Origin: a virus
Taxonomy: Duplodnaviria; Caudoviricetes
IMG/VR virus record: IMGVR_UViG_3300020814_000535
Reading direction: 5' to 3' (one strand)
Length of the DNA: 64,000 nt
The first letter of the stretch is position 1; every line of letters starts with the position of its first letter. Position numbers and translations under genes: made by a program. Below are positions 1-8,303 of the stretch, piece after piece. The notes beneath the pieces are model-generated. The model was not told the origin of the DNA. It worked only from the letters and a program-made list of their open reading frames with translations, and made no database searches.

Positions 1-293
1 CACGGCAAGAACTCTTCGTTGAGCGAGATGAAGAGACGCGAAAGTTGCTCAAGCAGGAGATCAAGGAGACTCAGGAAGAAATCAGGAATTGGAAGCGGCC
101 CAAGATAATCTACACAACCGTCAGTTTCTCCCTCTCGGAAAAGAAACTGTTGTGGGACACTTGGTTTGAATATACGACCAAGACTGAAGGATCTGTTGTA
201 CTTCCCAAGAGCAGGCAAAAGAGACGTGCTAGCACAAAAAGAACCGAACAGCCGAGACAAGAAGTTCCTCAACCTAGCGTTGAAAGCCACTAA
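1..293 (+). CDS. 3' part of a hypothetical protein (frame open from the window edge)
   Basis: The frame of ORF 45..293 has no stop back to base 3; charged helical sequence. Confidence 0.5.
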   Translation, partial: RQELFVERDEETRKLLKQEIKETQEEIRNWKRPKIIYTTVSFSLSEKKLLWDTWFEYTTKTEGSVVLPKSRQKRRASTKRTEQPRQEVPQPSVESH

Positions 294-597
294 TGCGTCT
301 CAGTATTATCCCTTCCATATCGCAGCTGTCATTGTTAAAGGAAATAGAGTTCTTTCGATAGGAGTTAATAAAAACAAGACGCATCCCAAACAGATTAATC
401 CACACACCAATAAGATTGGAAATTCGACCCATGCCGAATTGGACGCAATTCTTGGTGTGTCAAAGGAGAATCTGCAGGGAGCAACAATTTACGTTGCAAG
501 ACAAACAGCCGACGGAAAACCTGCAAATGCAAAACCCTGTAAGTGCTGTATGAAAGTTATTGAGGCAGCAGGAATTAGTAGAGTTTTCTTTACCTAA
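166..597 (+). CDS. Cytidine/dCMP deaminase-family Zn-dependent deaminase (true start may be GTG near 226)
   Basis: HAE (STHAELDA) and PCxxC (KPCKCC) zinc motifs. Confidence 0.85.
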   Translation: MNIRPRLKDLLYFPRAGKRDVLAQKEPNSRDKKFLNLALKATNASQYYPFHIAAVIVKGNRVLSIGVNKNKTHPKQINPHTNKIGNSTHAELDAILGVSKENLQGATIYVARQTADGKPANAKPCKCCMKVIEAAGISRVFFT

Positions 598-608
598 GGA
601 GAACTGAA

Positions 609-962
609 ATGTTTGGAATCAGCAAAAAGAGACTCGTGGCAAATCTGGAGGCATTGCGTCAGTCTATTTGTGAGTATCATCCTCGCAAATACTGTGATTG
701 CAAGTTTATTAAAGATCCAGAAACATACGTCTCTCGGAAGGAGAAACGGCGCAAACAGGGAATGTGGGCTGGAGAAGATACGGGCTGTTGCGAAGTCCGC
801 CAGGCTCTTGAGCTGATTCAAGCAACGACCGAGGAGGAATTTTATTCGCTTGCAGAACGAGCGGAAATTGAATTGGAGCAGAATCTCTTGGGAAAGATTC
901 GCGAAATTAAAGGAGGAGAAGAAAACTGCAGCGGCAGTAATCCAGCAAACAGAAAAAATTAA
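609..962 (+). CDS. Hypothetical Cys-containing protein
   Basis: AAGGAG RBS; CDCK and GCCE clusters. Confidence 0.6.
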   Translation: MFGISKKRLVANLEALRQSICEYHPRKYCDCKFIKDPETYVSRKEKRRKQGMWAGEDTGCCEVRQALELIQATTEEEFYSLAERAEIELEQNLLGKIREIKGGEENCSGSNPANRKN

Positions 963-1014
963 AATTCAGGAATAAATTGGTTAAAAACAGGTAAGCGAAC
1001 ATAAGGAGAAAAAC

Positions 1015-1401
1015 ATGTCCAGTTTCAATCGCGTCATCATCATGGGGACTCTAGGCCAAGATCCAGACTTCAAGACCTTGAACAGCGGCACAAAGCTCTG
1101 CAATCTCAGCATTGCAACCAATGACGGCTTTGGTGAGAAGAAGAAGACCAACTGGCACAAGATCACGGTGTGGGGGAAACAAGCTGAGGCCTGCAGCACC
1201 TACCTCAAGAAGGGCGCCACGGTGATTGTTGAGGGCCGCCTTGAGTATGAGTCTTTCACTCCGAAGAGTGGCGGTTCTAGACAAACTGTTGCTAAGATTC
1301 AAGCGGATCGAGTACAGTTTATGTCTAAGGCCCCTGCAGCTGGTGGCGAAGCTTCTGATACGAATGAGTCCCAGGAGCCCAACGAAGACTTGCCGTTCTA
1401 A
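1015..1401 (+). CDS. ssb: Single-stranded DNA-binding protein
   Basis: NRVIIMGTLGQDP, WHKITVWGKQAE, VEGRL, acidic tail ending DLPF. Confidence 0.97.
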   Translation: MSSFNRVIIMGTLGQDPDFKTLNSGTKLCNLSIATNDGFGEKKKTNWHKITVWGKQAEACSTYLKKGATVIVEGRLEYESFTPKSGGSRQTVAKIQADRVQFMSKAPAAGGEASDTNESQEPNEDLPF

Positions 1402-1418
1402 GAAAACTAGGAGTTCTA

Positions 1419-1919
1419 GTGACGACAGCATATCTTTCAGGGCCCATGGAGTACTCGGTTTCCCAGGGGATTCGTTGGCGGCGGTGGTATGAAAAGAGAT
1501 TAAAGAAGGTTGGTGTGAAATGCATTGTCCCCAACGATCTTGAACAGGATGTGTTGTCGTCACTAGAAGTGCCGCTGGCCGAGCTGAAACTGACAAACCG
1601 AGAGCGGTACAAGGAGATTGTTCGACGATTCCTTATTACCGATCTCGAGGAGGTAGGAAAGTCGGATTTCGTGATCGTGAAGTGGACGGGCGAAATGACG
1701 GCAGGGACGCCCATGGAAGCCATCCATGCGGTGCTCCGAGGGATTCCTGTCTACTTGATTACAGGAATTCCGCTAGATCGCGTTCCTGGTTCACTTCTGT
1801 CGTGTTGCACGGAAGAGTTTCATTCATTGGAAGCATTGATTGAACATTTAGAAAACAACGGGCTGGAGGGTACGGAGGAGGAAGACCAAGAAGAAGACGA
1901 CGATGGCGAAAATTCTTAG
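1419..1919 (+). CDS. Nucleoside 2'-deoxyribosyltransferase / nucleotide N-hydrolase-like protein
   Basis: AYLSGPM start, DLEEV..SD, GTPME (catalytic Glu), GIPVY. Confidence 0.75.
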   Translation: MTTAYLSGPMEYSVSQGIRWRRWYEKRLKKVGVKCIVPNDLEQDVLSSLEVPLAELKLTNRERYKEIVRRFLITDLEEVGKSDFVIVKWTGEMTAGTPMEAIHAVLRGIPVYLITGIPLDRVPGSLLSCCTEEFHSLEALIEHLENNGLEGTEEEDQEEDDDGENS

Positions 1920-2157
1920 TATTCGACAAGACAAGAAGTCTAAAAGCTGTAACATCTGTGGTTATCCGGCCTACCTAACCTATGAGGAGGAGAATTCTCA
2001 GACTGGCAAGCGAGAGACGAAGACGATCTATGTGCGTTGCCTCGGACATGAGCAACTTCATCCGTCCAAATGGAACCTTCATCCTGATCACGACAAGTAT
2101 CAATCCTATCACGGTCGACAAGTTCAAATTCAAGCTCGCAAGGCTCTAACCAAGTAA
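1903..2157 (+). CDS. Small Zn-ribbon hypothetical protein
   Basis: CNICG...CLGH. Confidence 0.55.
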   Translation: MAKILSIRQDKKSKSCNICGYPAYLTYEEENSQTGKRETKTIYVRCLGHEQLHPSKWNLHPDHDKYQSYHGRQVQIQARKALTK

Positions 2158-2170
2158 GGAGAGTTTTTCA

Positions 2171-2401
2171 ATGAAGGCTACGGCTCGTATGGAGCAGTTG
2201 AAGCAGGCGCGCAAGCAATCTCGGATTAAGCCGGTGTCGTTGGTGGTGAAGGAAGAGAAAAGGCGGGAGTTTCTCCGGTACGAAGATGGCCAATTGGTCA
2301 TGTACGACCGCATTGGCAAGGAAGAAGATCAGGTTCGTCTGACACCCCAGGAAGTTGTCATCCTTCAACAGATGGAGAACGCAAGACAACGCCGCAACTA
2401 A
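2171..2401 (+). CDS. Hypothetical protein
   Basis: AAGGAG RBS, in operon context. Confidence 0.6.
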   Translation: MKATARMEQLKQARKQSRIKPVSLVVKEEKRREFLRYEDGQLVMYDRIGKEEDQVRLTPQEVVILQQMENARQRRN

Positions 2402-2499
2402 TGAGTAAAATTATTGAAACTCTGGGTGATCTCCAACACCTAGATGTTGTTTTAGGCGCCGCTTGGCTTGTGTTTTTATTCCTTAGTCTTTTTCTTTAA
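2401..2499 (+). CDS. 32-aa membrane peptide (not in ORF track)
   Basis: TAATG overlap with upstream stop; MSKIIETLGDLQHLDVVLGAAWLVFLFLSLFL. Confidence 0.5.
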   Translation: MSKIIETLGDLQHLDVVLGAAWLVFLFLSLFL

Positions 2500-2516
2500 G
2501 CTATCGAGGCAACTAG

Positions 2517-3929
2517 ATGCTGGTTGAGCTGAGCATCAAGGAAGACTACCGTCCAAATTGGGGTGTCCCCGAGGGGATTCGGGAGCTGGTCCAGAACTGC
2601 AAGGATGCCGACACCCAGTTTGCGGCGACTATGCACATTGAACACAGCGGCAAGAAGCTGGTTCTGACCAATGACTATGTAACGTTAGACCGCAAATCAC
2701 TCCTTCTCGGCATGACGACCAAGAAGAATGACGACGCGACGATTGGTCAATGGGGAGATGGGCTCAAGATTGGTTCGCTGGCCCTGGTCCGCAAGGGACG
2801 AAAGCTAAAGATTTTCACCAAGGACGAGATCTGGACGCCTGTCATCGTTGAATCCAGGCGCTACAAAGAAAAAGTATTAGCATTTCGGATCTCCAAGGCG
2901 AAGACGTGGATCGACAAGGTTCGGGTCGAAGTTGATCTTTCGAGCGAAGAATGGGGTCAATTAAGAAAGAATTTTCTATTTCTTTATGAAAATTTGAAGC
3001 AGGTGAGATCTTATGATGGGAACCTTTTGTACGAGGAGGGATTTGAAGGTCGAATCTATGTAAAGGATGTTTTTGTCTGCATCAATGACCACCTGGGTTT
3101 CGGGTACAATTTCAAGGATGTAGCCCTGGATGTGGATAGGCAAATTGTAGATACGTATTCTGCCAACTATCGAGCCCGCCACGTTGTGGCTTTGGCTTTC
3201 CGTTATTACAACGAGCTGTCTGAGGCTGACCAGGAGATTATCAGCAGAAAAACGATTGCCGCTTTGAATGATGTAACCGAAGATCTTCGATATCTGACAA
3301 GCTACGAGGTAACCTCCGAGTTCAGTGCGTTTACTTGCGAATGGTTTCTGAAGGTTTATGGGCAGTTGGCAAGACCTGCCCGAGACGAGGTCGAACGCAA
3401 GCGCCTGCAGAGCTTGGGTTATCAGCCGGTGTCCGTGAGCGCCCAGCTGAGCAATGTGTTGCGGGCCGAGTTCGGGACCACCGAGGAACTGGCGGAAGAG
3501 TTCTCCAAACAGCCAGAAAGAGAGTACCCTCTTTCAGAATTAAGTGAAATCGAGCAAGAGATTTTTGAATCGGCCCTTAATTTAACAAGCGTAGCCATCG
3601 AGGTATCGGGCAATCTTCCAGCTCAGTCTGTTGGCGACATGAAAGACTATCTTGATAACCGCAAGATCAAGATAGTTGACTTCAAGAGCGAGGGCGTCAA
3701 GGGAATTTTTGACAAGAAGAAAGAGGCTATTTTCATTGCTCGCCGAACCTTGAAGGATGGGAAAGACTTTCTCAATACACTCGTCCATGAGATTAGCCAT
3801 TTCACAGGAGCGGATGGAAGCCGCGAACACGTTGATACGATCCAGGAGATCATGGGAACGATGGTGATGTTGTTTGCTAACCGGCTTTACAAATATATTC
3901 TTAAAGAGAATATTCAGAAGGCCTCATGA
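2517..3929 (+). CDS. GHKL (HATPase_c) ATPase with C-terminal HExxH zincin-like motif
   Basis: EGIRELVQNCKDA (N box), LLLGMTTK, IGQWGDGLKIG (G boxes); LVHEISH near the C-terminus. Confidence 0.8.
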   Translation: MLVELSIKEDYRPNWGVPEGIRELVQNCKDADTQFAATMHIEHSGKKLVLTNDYVTLDRKSLLLGMTTKKNDDATIGQWGDGLKIGSLALVRKGRKLKIFTKDEIWTPVIVESRRYKEKVLAFRISKAKTWIDKVRVEVDLSSEEWGQLRKNFLFLYENLKQVRSYDGNLLYEEGFEGRIYVKDVFVCINDHLGFGYNFKDVALDVDRQIVDTYSANYRARHVVALAFRYYNELSEADQEIISRKTIAALNDVTEDLRYLTSYEVTSEFSAFTCEWFLKVYGQLARPARDEVERKRLQSLGYQPVSVSAQLSNVLRAEFGTTEELAEEFSKQPEREYPLSELSEIEQEIFESALNLTSVAIEVSGNLPAQSVGDMKDYLDNRKIKIVDFKSEGVKGIFDKKKEAIFIARRTLKDGKDFLNTLVHEISHFTGADGSREHVDTIQEIMGTMVMLFANRLYKYILKENIQKAS

Positions 3930-3984
3930 ATAATTGTTGTCTAATTTACGTTGGAGTGTTAGCCTCTAGTTAAGGAGGCTTATC

Positions 3985-4251
3985 TTGACTGAATTTTTGG
4001 CAGGATTGAGTGCATTCGCCGCTTGGGTTAGAGACAACTGGGCATGGATTAGTGGCCTTTTGTTCATGGTGGCGACGATCTTGAACTCGGCATCTGAACA
4101 CTTTACAAAGCAAGAGGGTGTAAAACGGACTCTGCTGTGGCTAGCCGAAATGTTTTCATTCATCAGCTCGAAGGGCGTTGCCCCAAAACTGAAGCTCCCG
4201 TTTATTTCTCGACCCCCTACCGAAGAGCCTGCACCGGAAATTAAGGAGTAA
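3985..4251 (+). CDS. Small membrane protein, possible holin
   Basis: AAGGAGG RBS; hydrophobic segments and a charged tail. Confidence 0.45.
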   Translation: MTEFLAGLSAFAAWVRDNWAWISGLLFMVATILNSASEHFTKQEGVKRTLLWLAEMFSFISSKGVAPKLKLPFISRPPTEEPAPEIKE

Positions 4252-4254
4252 ATC

Positions 4255-4743
4255 TTGAAGAAAGCCCTTATTACTATTCTTAGCCTATTCTTCCTTTCCT
4301 TTGCGACTATGGGCGCTTCCTGTCAGGGAACCTGGCTTCAGCAGTCAACGACGACTCTGAATAATATTTCGACAGCAGCGGGGATTGCCATCGTAGTGAT
4401 TGAGAATCTGGGTGAACAATGCACGGCTCTGTTGGTAGCTTGCCAGGTGGGGGATAGCGACGGTTCAGTGCCTGTCTCGGAGGCTCGAGACAAGGCTTGC
4501 AAAGCTCTGGATATTTGTGCAAAGAACTACAATATGGTTGTAGGAAAGTTCAACGAGTTGCGAGACCTGCTCAAGAAGGCTTCGGCAGCATTGGCGGTCG
4601 CCAACGAGCCTCTGTCCCTCGAATTTCTACAAAAGGCCCAGGAAGTCTTCAAGCAGTTGCTTACCATCATCAAGCCGTTCCTGCAGGGAACCAGTCTGGA
4701 AAATATTGTGGAGGTACTCGATGGGACTGCTCCTGCCAAGTAA
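4255..4743 (+). CDS. Putative lipoprotein
   Basis: MKK + hydrophobic core + GASC lipobox-like Cys. Confidence 0.55.
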   Translation: MKKALITILSLFFLSFATMGASCQGTWLQQSTTTLNNISTAAGIAIVVIENLGEQCTALLVACQVGDSDGSVPVSEARDKACKALDICAKNYNMVVGKFNELRDLLKKASAALAVANEPLSLEFLQKAQEVFKQLLTIIKPFLQGTSLENIVEVLDGTAPAK

Positions 4744-4957
4744 TATTTCAACAACTGATTTACTAAAACAGGCGGGGTCTGTTGGATTGGATGTTCTCGG
4801 TTTAGCGGTAGCCTACGTCAAGGGATATATTGAGACGAAACGATTTCAGGCAAGACTGGCTGCACAACTGAAGGTTGATAAGCTAGATCTCAAGCTCCAA
4901 GAGATTCAGAATCAATTGGAAGCATTCAATAGAAAGTTGGAAGAGCTGAAGAAATAG
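4706..4957 (+). CDS. Small membrane-anchored coiled-coil protein
   Basis: Hydrophobic stretch followed by a heptad-rich C-terminus. Confidence 0.5.
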   Translation: MWRYSMGLLLPSNISTTDLLKQAGSVGLDVLGLAVAYVKGYIETKRFQARLAAQLKVDKLDLKLQEIQNQLEAFNRKLEELKK

Positions 4958-4978
4958 AAGATAACAGGAGAATGACAG

Positions 4979-6040
4979 ATGTTGACGCCGAAAGATATTC
5001 TGAAGATCGTTGAAAATTTCGCTGCAACCTGTGAAGACGAAATTCTAGAGATGGGCTTGATCTGTTTTGATGGGGATTACTGGATTCGCCCCGTTCGGAC
5101 ACTAGAGAATATTAAGGGCAGTCCTCTTGTTCGTTCTATCAAGCTCTCCAATCACGCCGAGCGCCAGCTACTTCAGAAGCTGGAGATTCCTAGCCCCTAT
5201 TTTCATCGTTGTCCCACGAGTCTTCAGGAACAGAATTTCAACTATTGGCGTGATCAGTACGCCGACTCCCAGCTGATGCTGCGGCAGGTGGGCGAAGATC
5301 GGGTTCGGGCAGTTATGTCTAACCGCTATGTGCCAATTGACGACGTCACGGCTGTACCAGTCGTCCTGGAAACACTGGCCCAGGACAACGTTGTTTATTC
5401 GAGCTTTTGCAAGGCAGATGAAATCACGGCTATGCGGGTGATTTGGCCCGAACTGGCGGCGAATCACAACTTCCGTAGCAACATCGAGATTGTTGCGGGC
5501 CTTTTGTTCGTAAACTCGGAGGTGGGGATTGCGGCGGTACGGCTCCAGCCCACGATCCAATACCGCTACAACATGAACAACTACGGATTCAAGAACTTCT
5601 ATTACCTTTCGGACACCAAGAATGAGGGATGTACAGCAATCCGTCATCTCGCGGAACTTGATCCTCAACGTCTGAGAGAAGGGGTTGATCTTGCTCGCCG
5701 AGCTGCTCAAGCAGGTATTGCCCAGATGATTAGCGCCGACCACAAGATTATCCAAAAGCCGTTTGAGGAGATGCAGCGGATTGTAGAAAATAATGTCTAC
5801 ATCCCTAACGGAGTTCTTGCAATTCTCGAAGAGGAATGGCAGGATGAGCTGGAAGCTTCGAAGCTACAAGTGGCAACAGCAATTTTGGAATCATTGAATA
5901 AGCTTCCTGCCTTTCAAGAAGGACACGACAGGATGAAGCAGTCTTTGGATATTGAACAAAGTTTGGGACGATATCTCGATCTTTTCAACAAAACCGAAGA
6001 GCGAATTGGTCAGGTGTTGGCCCTCAACATTTTGGACTAG
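4979..6040 (+). CDS. DUF932-like phage protein
   Basis: HAERQLLQKLEIP..YF, RAVMSNRYVPIDD, FVNSEVG pattern. Confidence 0.65.
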   Translation: MLTPKDILKIVENFAATCEDEILEMGLICFDGDYWIRPVRTLENIKGSPLVRSIKLSNHAERQLLQKLEIPSPYFHRCPTSLQEQNFNYWRDQYADSQLMLRQVGEDRVRAVMSNRYVPIDDVTAVPVVLETLAQDNVVYSSFCKADEITAMRVIWPELAANHNFRSNIEIVAGLLFVNSEVGIAAVRLQPTIQYRYNMNNYGFKNFYYLSDTKNEGCTAIRHLAELDPQRLREGVDLARRAAQAGIAQMISADHKIIQKPFEEMQRIVENNVYIPNGVLAILEEEWQDELEASKLQVATAILESLNKLPAFQEGHDRMKQSLDIEQSLGRYLDLFNKTEERIGQVLALNILD

Positions 6041-6049
6041 GAGAAAGTC

Positions 6050-6460
6050 ATGAGCCACTTCACAAAAGCACAATTGAAACTCAAGAACAAAGACACCCTG
6101 GCCAAGGCCCTGGTACGGATGGGTGTAGCCGAGTCGGCAATTACGCTTTCAGATACGCCATTTACGATCAAGGATTATTACGGCCACAACCATCCCCATC
6201 CGGTGAGTCTAGCCGTGAAGAAGAATGCTATCCGCACCTCGGCCGACGTTGGATTCGAGGAGCGCGAGGACGGTTCTCTAACAATGCATTACGACAATAT
6301 GGATCACAATCGACTCCATGGAGAGTGGATGCAAAAAGTCACTCAACACTATGCCGCCATCGAAGTAGAAGATGAAGCAGTTCGAATGGGCTTTTCGGTC
6401 AAGGAGCAAGCTTTTGACCAACAAGGGAATCTTCAAATCGTTCTTAGCAGGTGGGGTTAA
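6050..6460 (+). CDS. DUF1257 (Ycf35-like) protein
   Basis: MSHFT..LK.KD.L.KAL..MG, DVGF, QHYA pattern. Confidence 0.8.
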   Translation: MSHFTKAQLKLKNKDTLAKALVRMGVAESAITLSDTPFTIKDYYGHNHPHPVSLAVKKNAIRTSADVGFEEREDGSLTMHYDNMDHNRLHGEWMQKVTQHYAAIEVEDEAVRMGFSVKEQAFDQQGNLQIVLSRWG

Positions 6461-6462
6461 CC

Positions 6463-6657
6463 ATGGAACAGCTAGTCAAAATCACAATTGCCAAGGATGG
6501 TACGGTAACCATCGATGTTGAAGGCATGGTGGGTACGGCTTGTAAGGGGATTACGGAGGCTTTGGCCCGCAGGCTGGGGACGGAAATCGAAAGCCATGAA
6601 AAGCCAGAATACTGGCAAGAGGTTGATGGTCTCCAGCAAAAGCTCTTTGGAAATTGA
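6463..6657 (+). CDS. DUF2997 protein
   Basis: ITIAKDGTVTIDVEG..G.AC..IT..L, KPEYWQ; directly follows DUF1257. Confidence 0.85.
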   Translation: MEQLVKITIAKDGTVTIDVEGMVGTACKGITEALARRLGTEIESHEKPEYWQEVDGLQQKLFGN

Positions 6658-6661
6658 TTCT

Positions 6662-7009
6662 ATGACCAAGAAGTTCGAGCCCCCGTCACTGGACGGAGTA
6701 GTTTCGCCAAAGAAAAAACTGCCCGCAAAGGAAATTGAGGTTGTTCCTGTTCTGCCGGAAGAGAAGCCCTCTCTGATGAAGGAAGGCGAACTCTATCTCC
6801 ACATTTTTGTAGATGGCAAAGACACTAGAAAAAACATCAAAGATATTACGCCCGTAGAAATGGTTGAGTGGGTGAAGAAGCATTGCCCTTCATTGGACGT
6901 GACTGTCAAGGAGGTTGATACCACTCAGAAAAGAAATTCTACTTTTGAGCTTGCAATGAGAACTCTGTCTGGTTTAAAGTTAACCGTTCCAATGACACTA
7001 AGCAAGTAA
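6662..7009 (+). CDS. Hypothetical protein
   Basis: ATG at 6662 just after the upstream stop. Confidence 0.55.
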   Translation: MTKKFEPPSLDGVVSPKKKLPAKEIEVVPVLPEEKPSLMKEGELYLHIFVDGKDTRKNIKDITPVEMVEWVKKHCPSLDVTVKEVDTTQKRNSTFELAMRTLSGLKLTVPMTLSK

Positions 7010-7026
7010 CTTAACGAAAGGAAAAT

Positions 7027-7293
7027 ATGCCGTCACAGTTGTTTACAGGTCTAGAAGTAAAGCGCGTAGAGTCGACTCCTGGAAGTACACTTCTTGGTCA
7101 TGGCAAGGCCGAGTTTATGAATGTTCTGACAATTCGGTTTGCCATTCGTAAGTCAAAGGACGGAACGCCCTTTGTGGCAATGCCTGCCCACATCTCGAAG
7201 GGCAAGTGGTTTGATGATGTAAAGATCAAGGACCTCGAAGAGAAGCGTCGTTTTGAGAAGGCCGTACTCGATGCCTACGAGAAGGCAGAGTAA
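7027..7293 (+). CDS. SpoVG-like nucleic-acid-binding protein
   Basis: FAIRKSKDGTPFVAMP, WFDDV, AVLDAYE resemble SpoVG. Confidence 0.75.
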   Translation: MPSQLFTGLEVKRVESTPGSTLLGHGKAEFMNVLTIRFAIRKSKDGTPFVAMPAHISKGKWFDDVKIKDLEEKRRFEKAVLDAYEKAE

Positions 7294-7316
7294 TAAGAAA
7301 GAAGAAGGAGAAAAGA

Positions 7317-7541
7317 ATGACCCAGAGTCAACGTCGTGCCCGTCGTGAGTTTCGTAAGCAGCGTGGTGAGGCAGTCTATAATATCCTGAAGGCACTCTAT
7401 CGGACAGATCCCTGGACCAAGGCTGGGAAGCGCGCCCTCAATCGGATGAGGGACCTGTACGGGGCTGGAACGGTAGCAGCAGTTCTGGCCAACGACACCC
7501 GTGGCGCCTACCGGGCCTGGGTCCTCGATATGGGGCTCTAA
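7317..7541 (+). CDS. Hypothetical basic protein
   Basis: AAGGAG RBS, Arg-rich. Confidence 0.6.
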   Translation: MTQSQRRARREFRKQRGEAVYNILKALYRTDPWTKAGKRALNRMRDLYGAGTVAAVLANDTRGAYRAWVLDMGL

Positions 7542-7622
7542 AAACTTCACTTCTCTCCGGTAAGCCTCTGGGGCTCAAAACTCTGGGGCCTTATCAGGGA
7601 GGGGTCAAGTTAAGAGGTTAGT

Positions 7623-8039
7623 TTGAGAGAACCGTTAGACCCTTTATTCCAACATACGAATCATCTTCTTGCTGTTAGCCGCGATGGGGAAGATTTATAT
7701 TATGGTTTGTCTTTGCTTTTTCCCCCTGGAGAAGTTTTTGATCGAGCGACAGTCTTATTGATAAAAGAGGAAAAAGGTTTATGTAGTGTTGACCCGGCGG
7801 TAAAATGTCTCCTTGATTTTTACTTTGATTCCAATAATGAAAGGATGTCTTTGTTTAGAGAGCTTCGCGAAATAAACCGTCGCCAATGGGATCTCGAAGA
7901 TCGAGTTCGGACGGAGCAATCCGCTGAAGCGGCAGTAGCCGCGAGGGAAAACAACAATCTCCGTGTAGCATGTAAGAATAAGATTAACAAATTGTTTGGT
8001 TATGGAAATGAAGTGAAGTGTTATAAGGGAGAGTCGTGA
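7623..8039 (+). CDS. DUF6165-like protein
   Basis: PGEVFDR..L.IK, INRRQWDLED..R, N..R...K..IN, EVK.Y. Confidence 0.6.
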   Translation: MREPLDPLFQHTNHLLAVSRDGEDLYYGLSLLFPPGEVFDRATVLLIKEEKGLCSVDPAVKCLLDFYFDSNNERMSLFRELREINRRQWDLEDRVRTEQSAEAAVAARENNNLRVACKNKINKLFGYGNEVKCYKGES

Positions 8040-8269
8040 TCATCGAGAGATGGGTTCGTGAAGAATTGCTGAACATTTATATTTCTAATGAAGTAAAGAG
8101 CAAGGCCCTTTTCGCAGGAGATACTATTAGCCACAAGACAGCTAATGAATGTGTAGCTAGAGGTTGGGCCGCCAGAAATGATGACGGAGAATTTGTTTTG
8201 ACAGATACTGGACGTTTTCTTGCAGCAATCTGGCTTAAAGAAGGCGTCGACTACGAGGGAGATCTCTAG
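8036..8269 (+). CDS. Small winged-helix-like hypothetical protein
   Basis: GTGA overlap; RGWA...FVLTDTGR wing-like motif. Confidence 0.45.
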   Translation: MIIERWVREELLNIYISNEVKSKALFAGDTISHKTANECVARGWAARNDDGEFVLTDTGRFLAAIWLKEGVDYEGDL

Positions 8270-8295
8270 ACAACAAGGAGTAATTCAAGTATTTT
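8267..8295 (+). promoter_or_regulatory. Putative sigma70-type promoter for tmRNA
   Basis: TAGACA-17 nt-TATTTT ending 8 nt before the tmRNA 5' G. Confidence 0.5.
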
Positions 8296-8303
8296 ATTTA
8301 TTT

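Noticed and set aside
5168-5755. Long antisense ORFs (also 1051..1596, 49571..50167, 55779..56249, 62207..62875)
   Set aside because: Shadow frames opposite well-supported genes, with no RBS or recognisable motifs, unlike the nested HEG at 61285..61956
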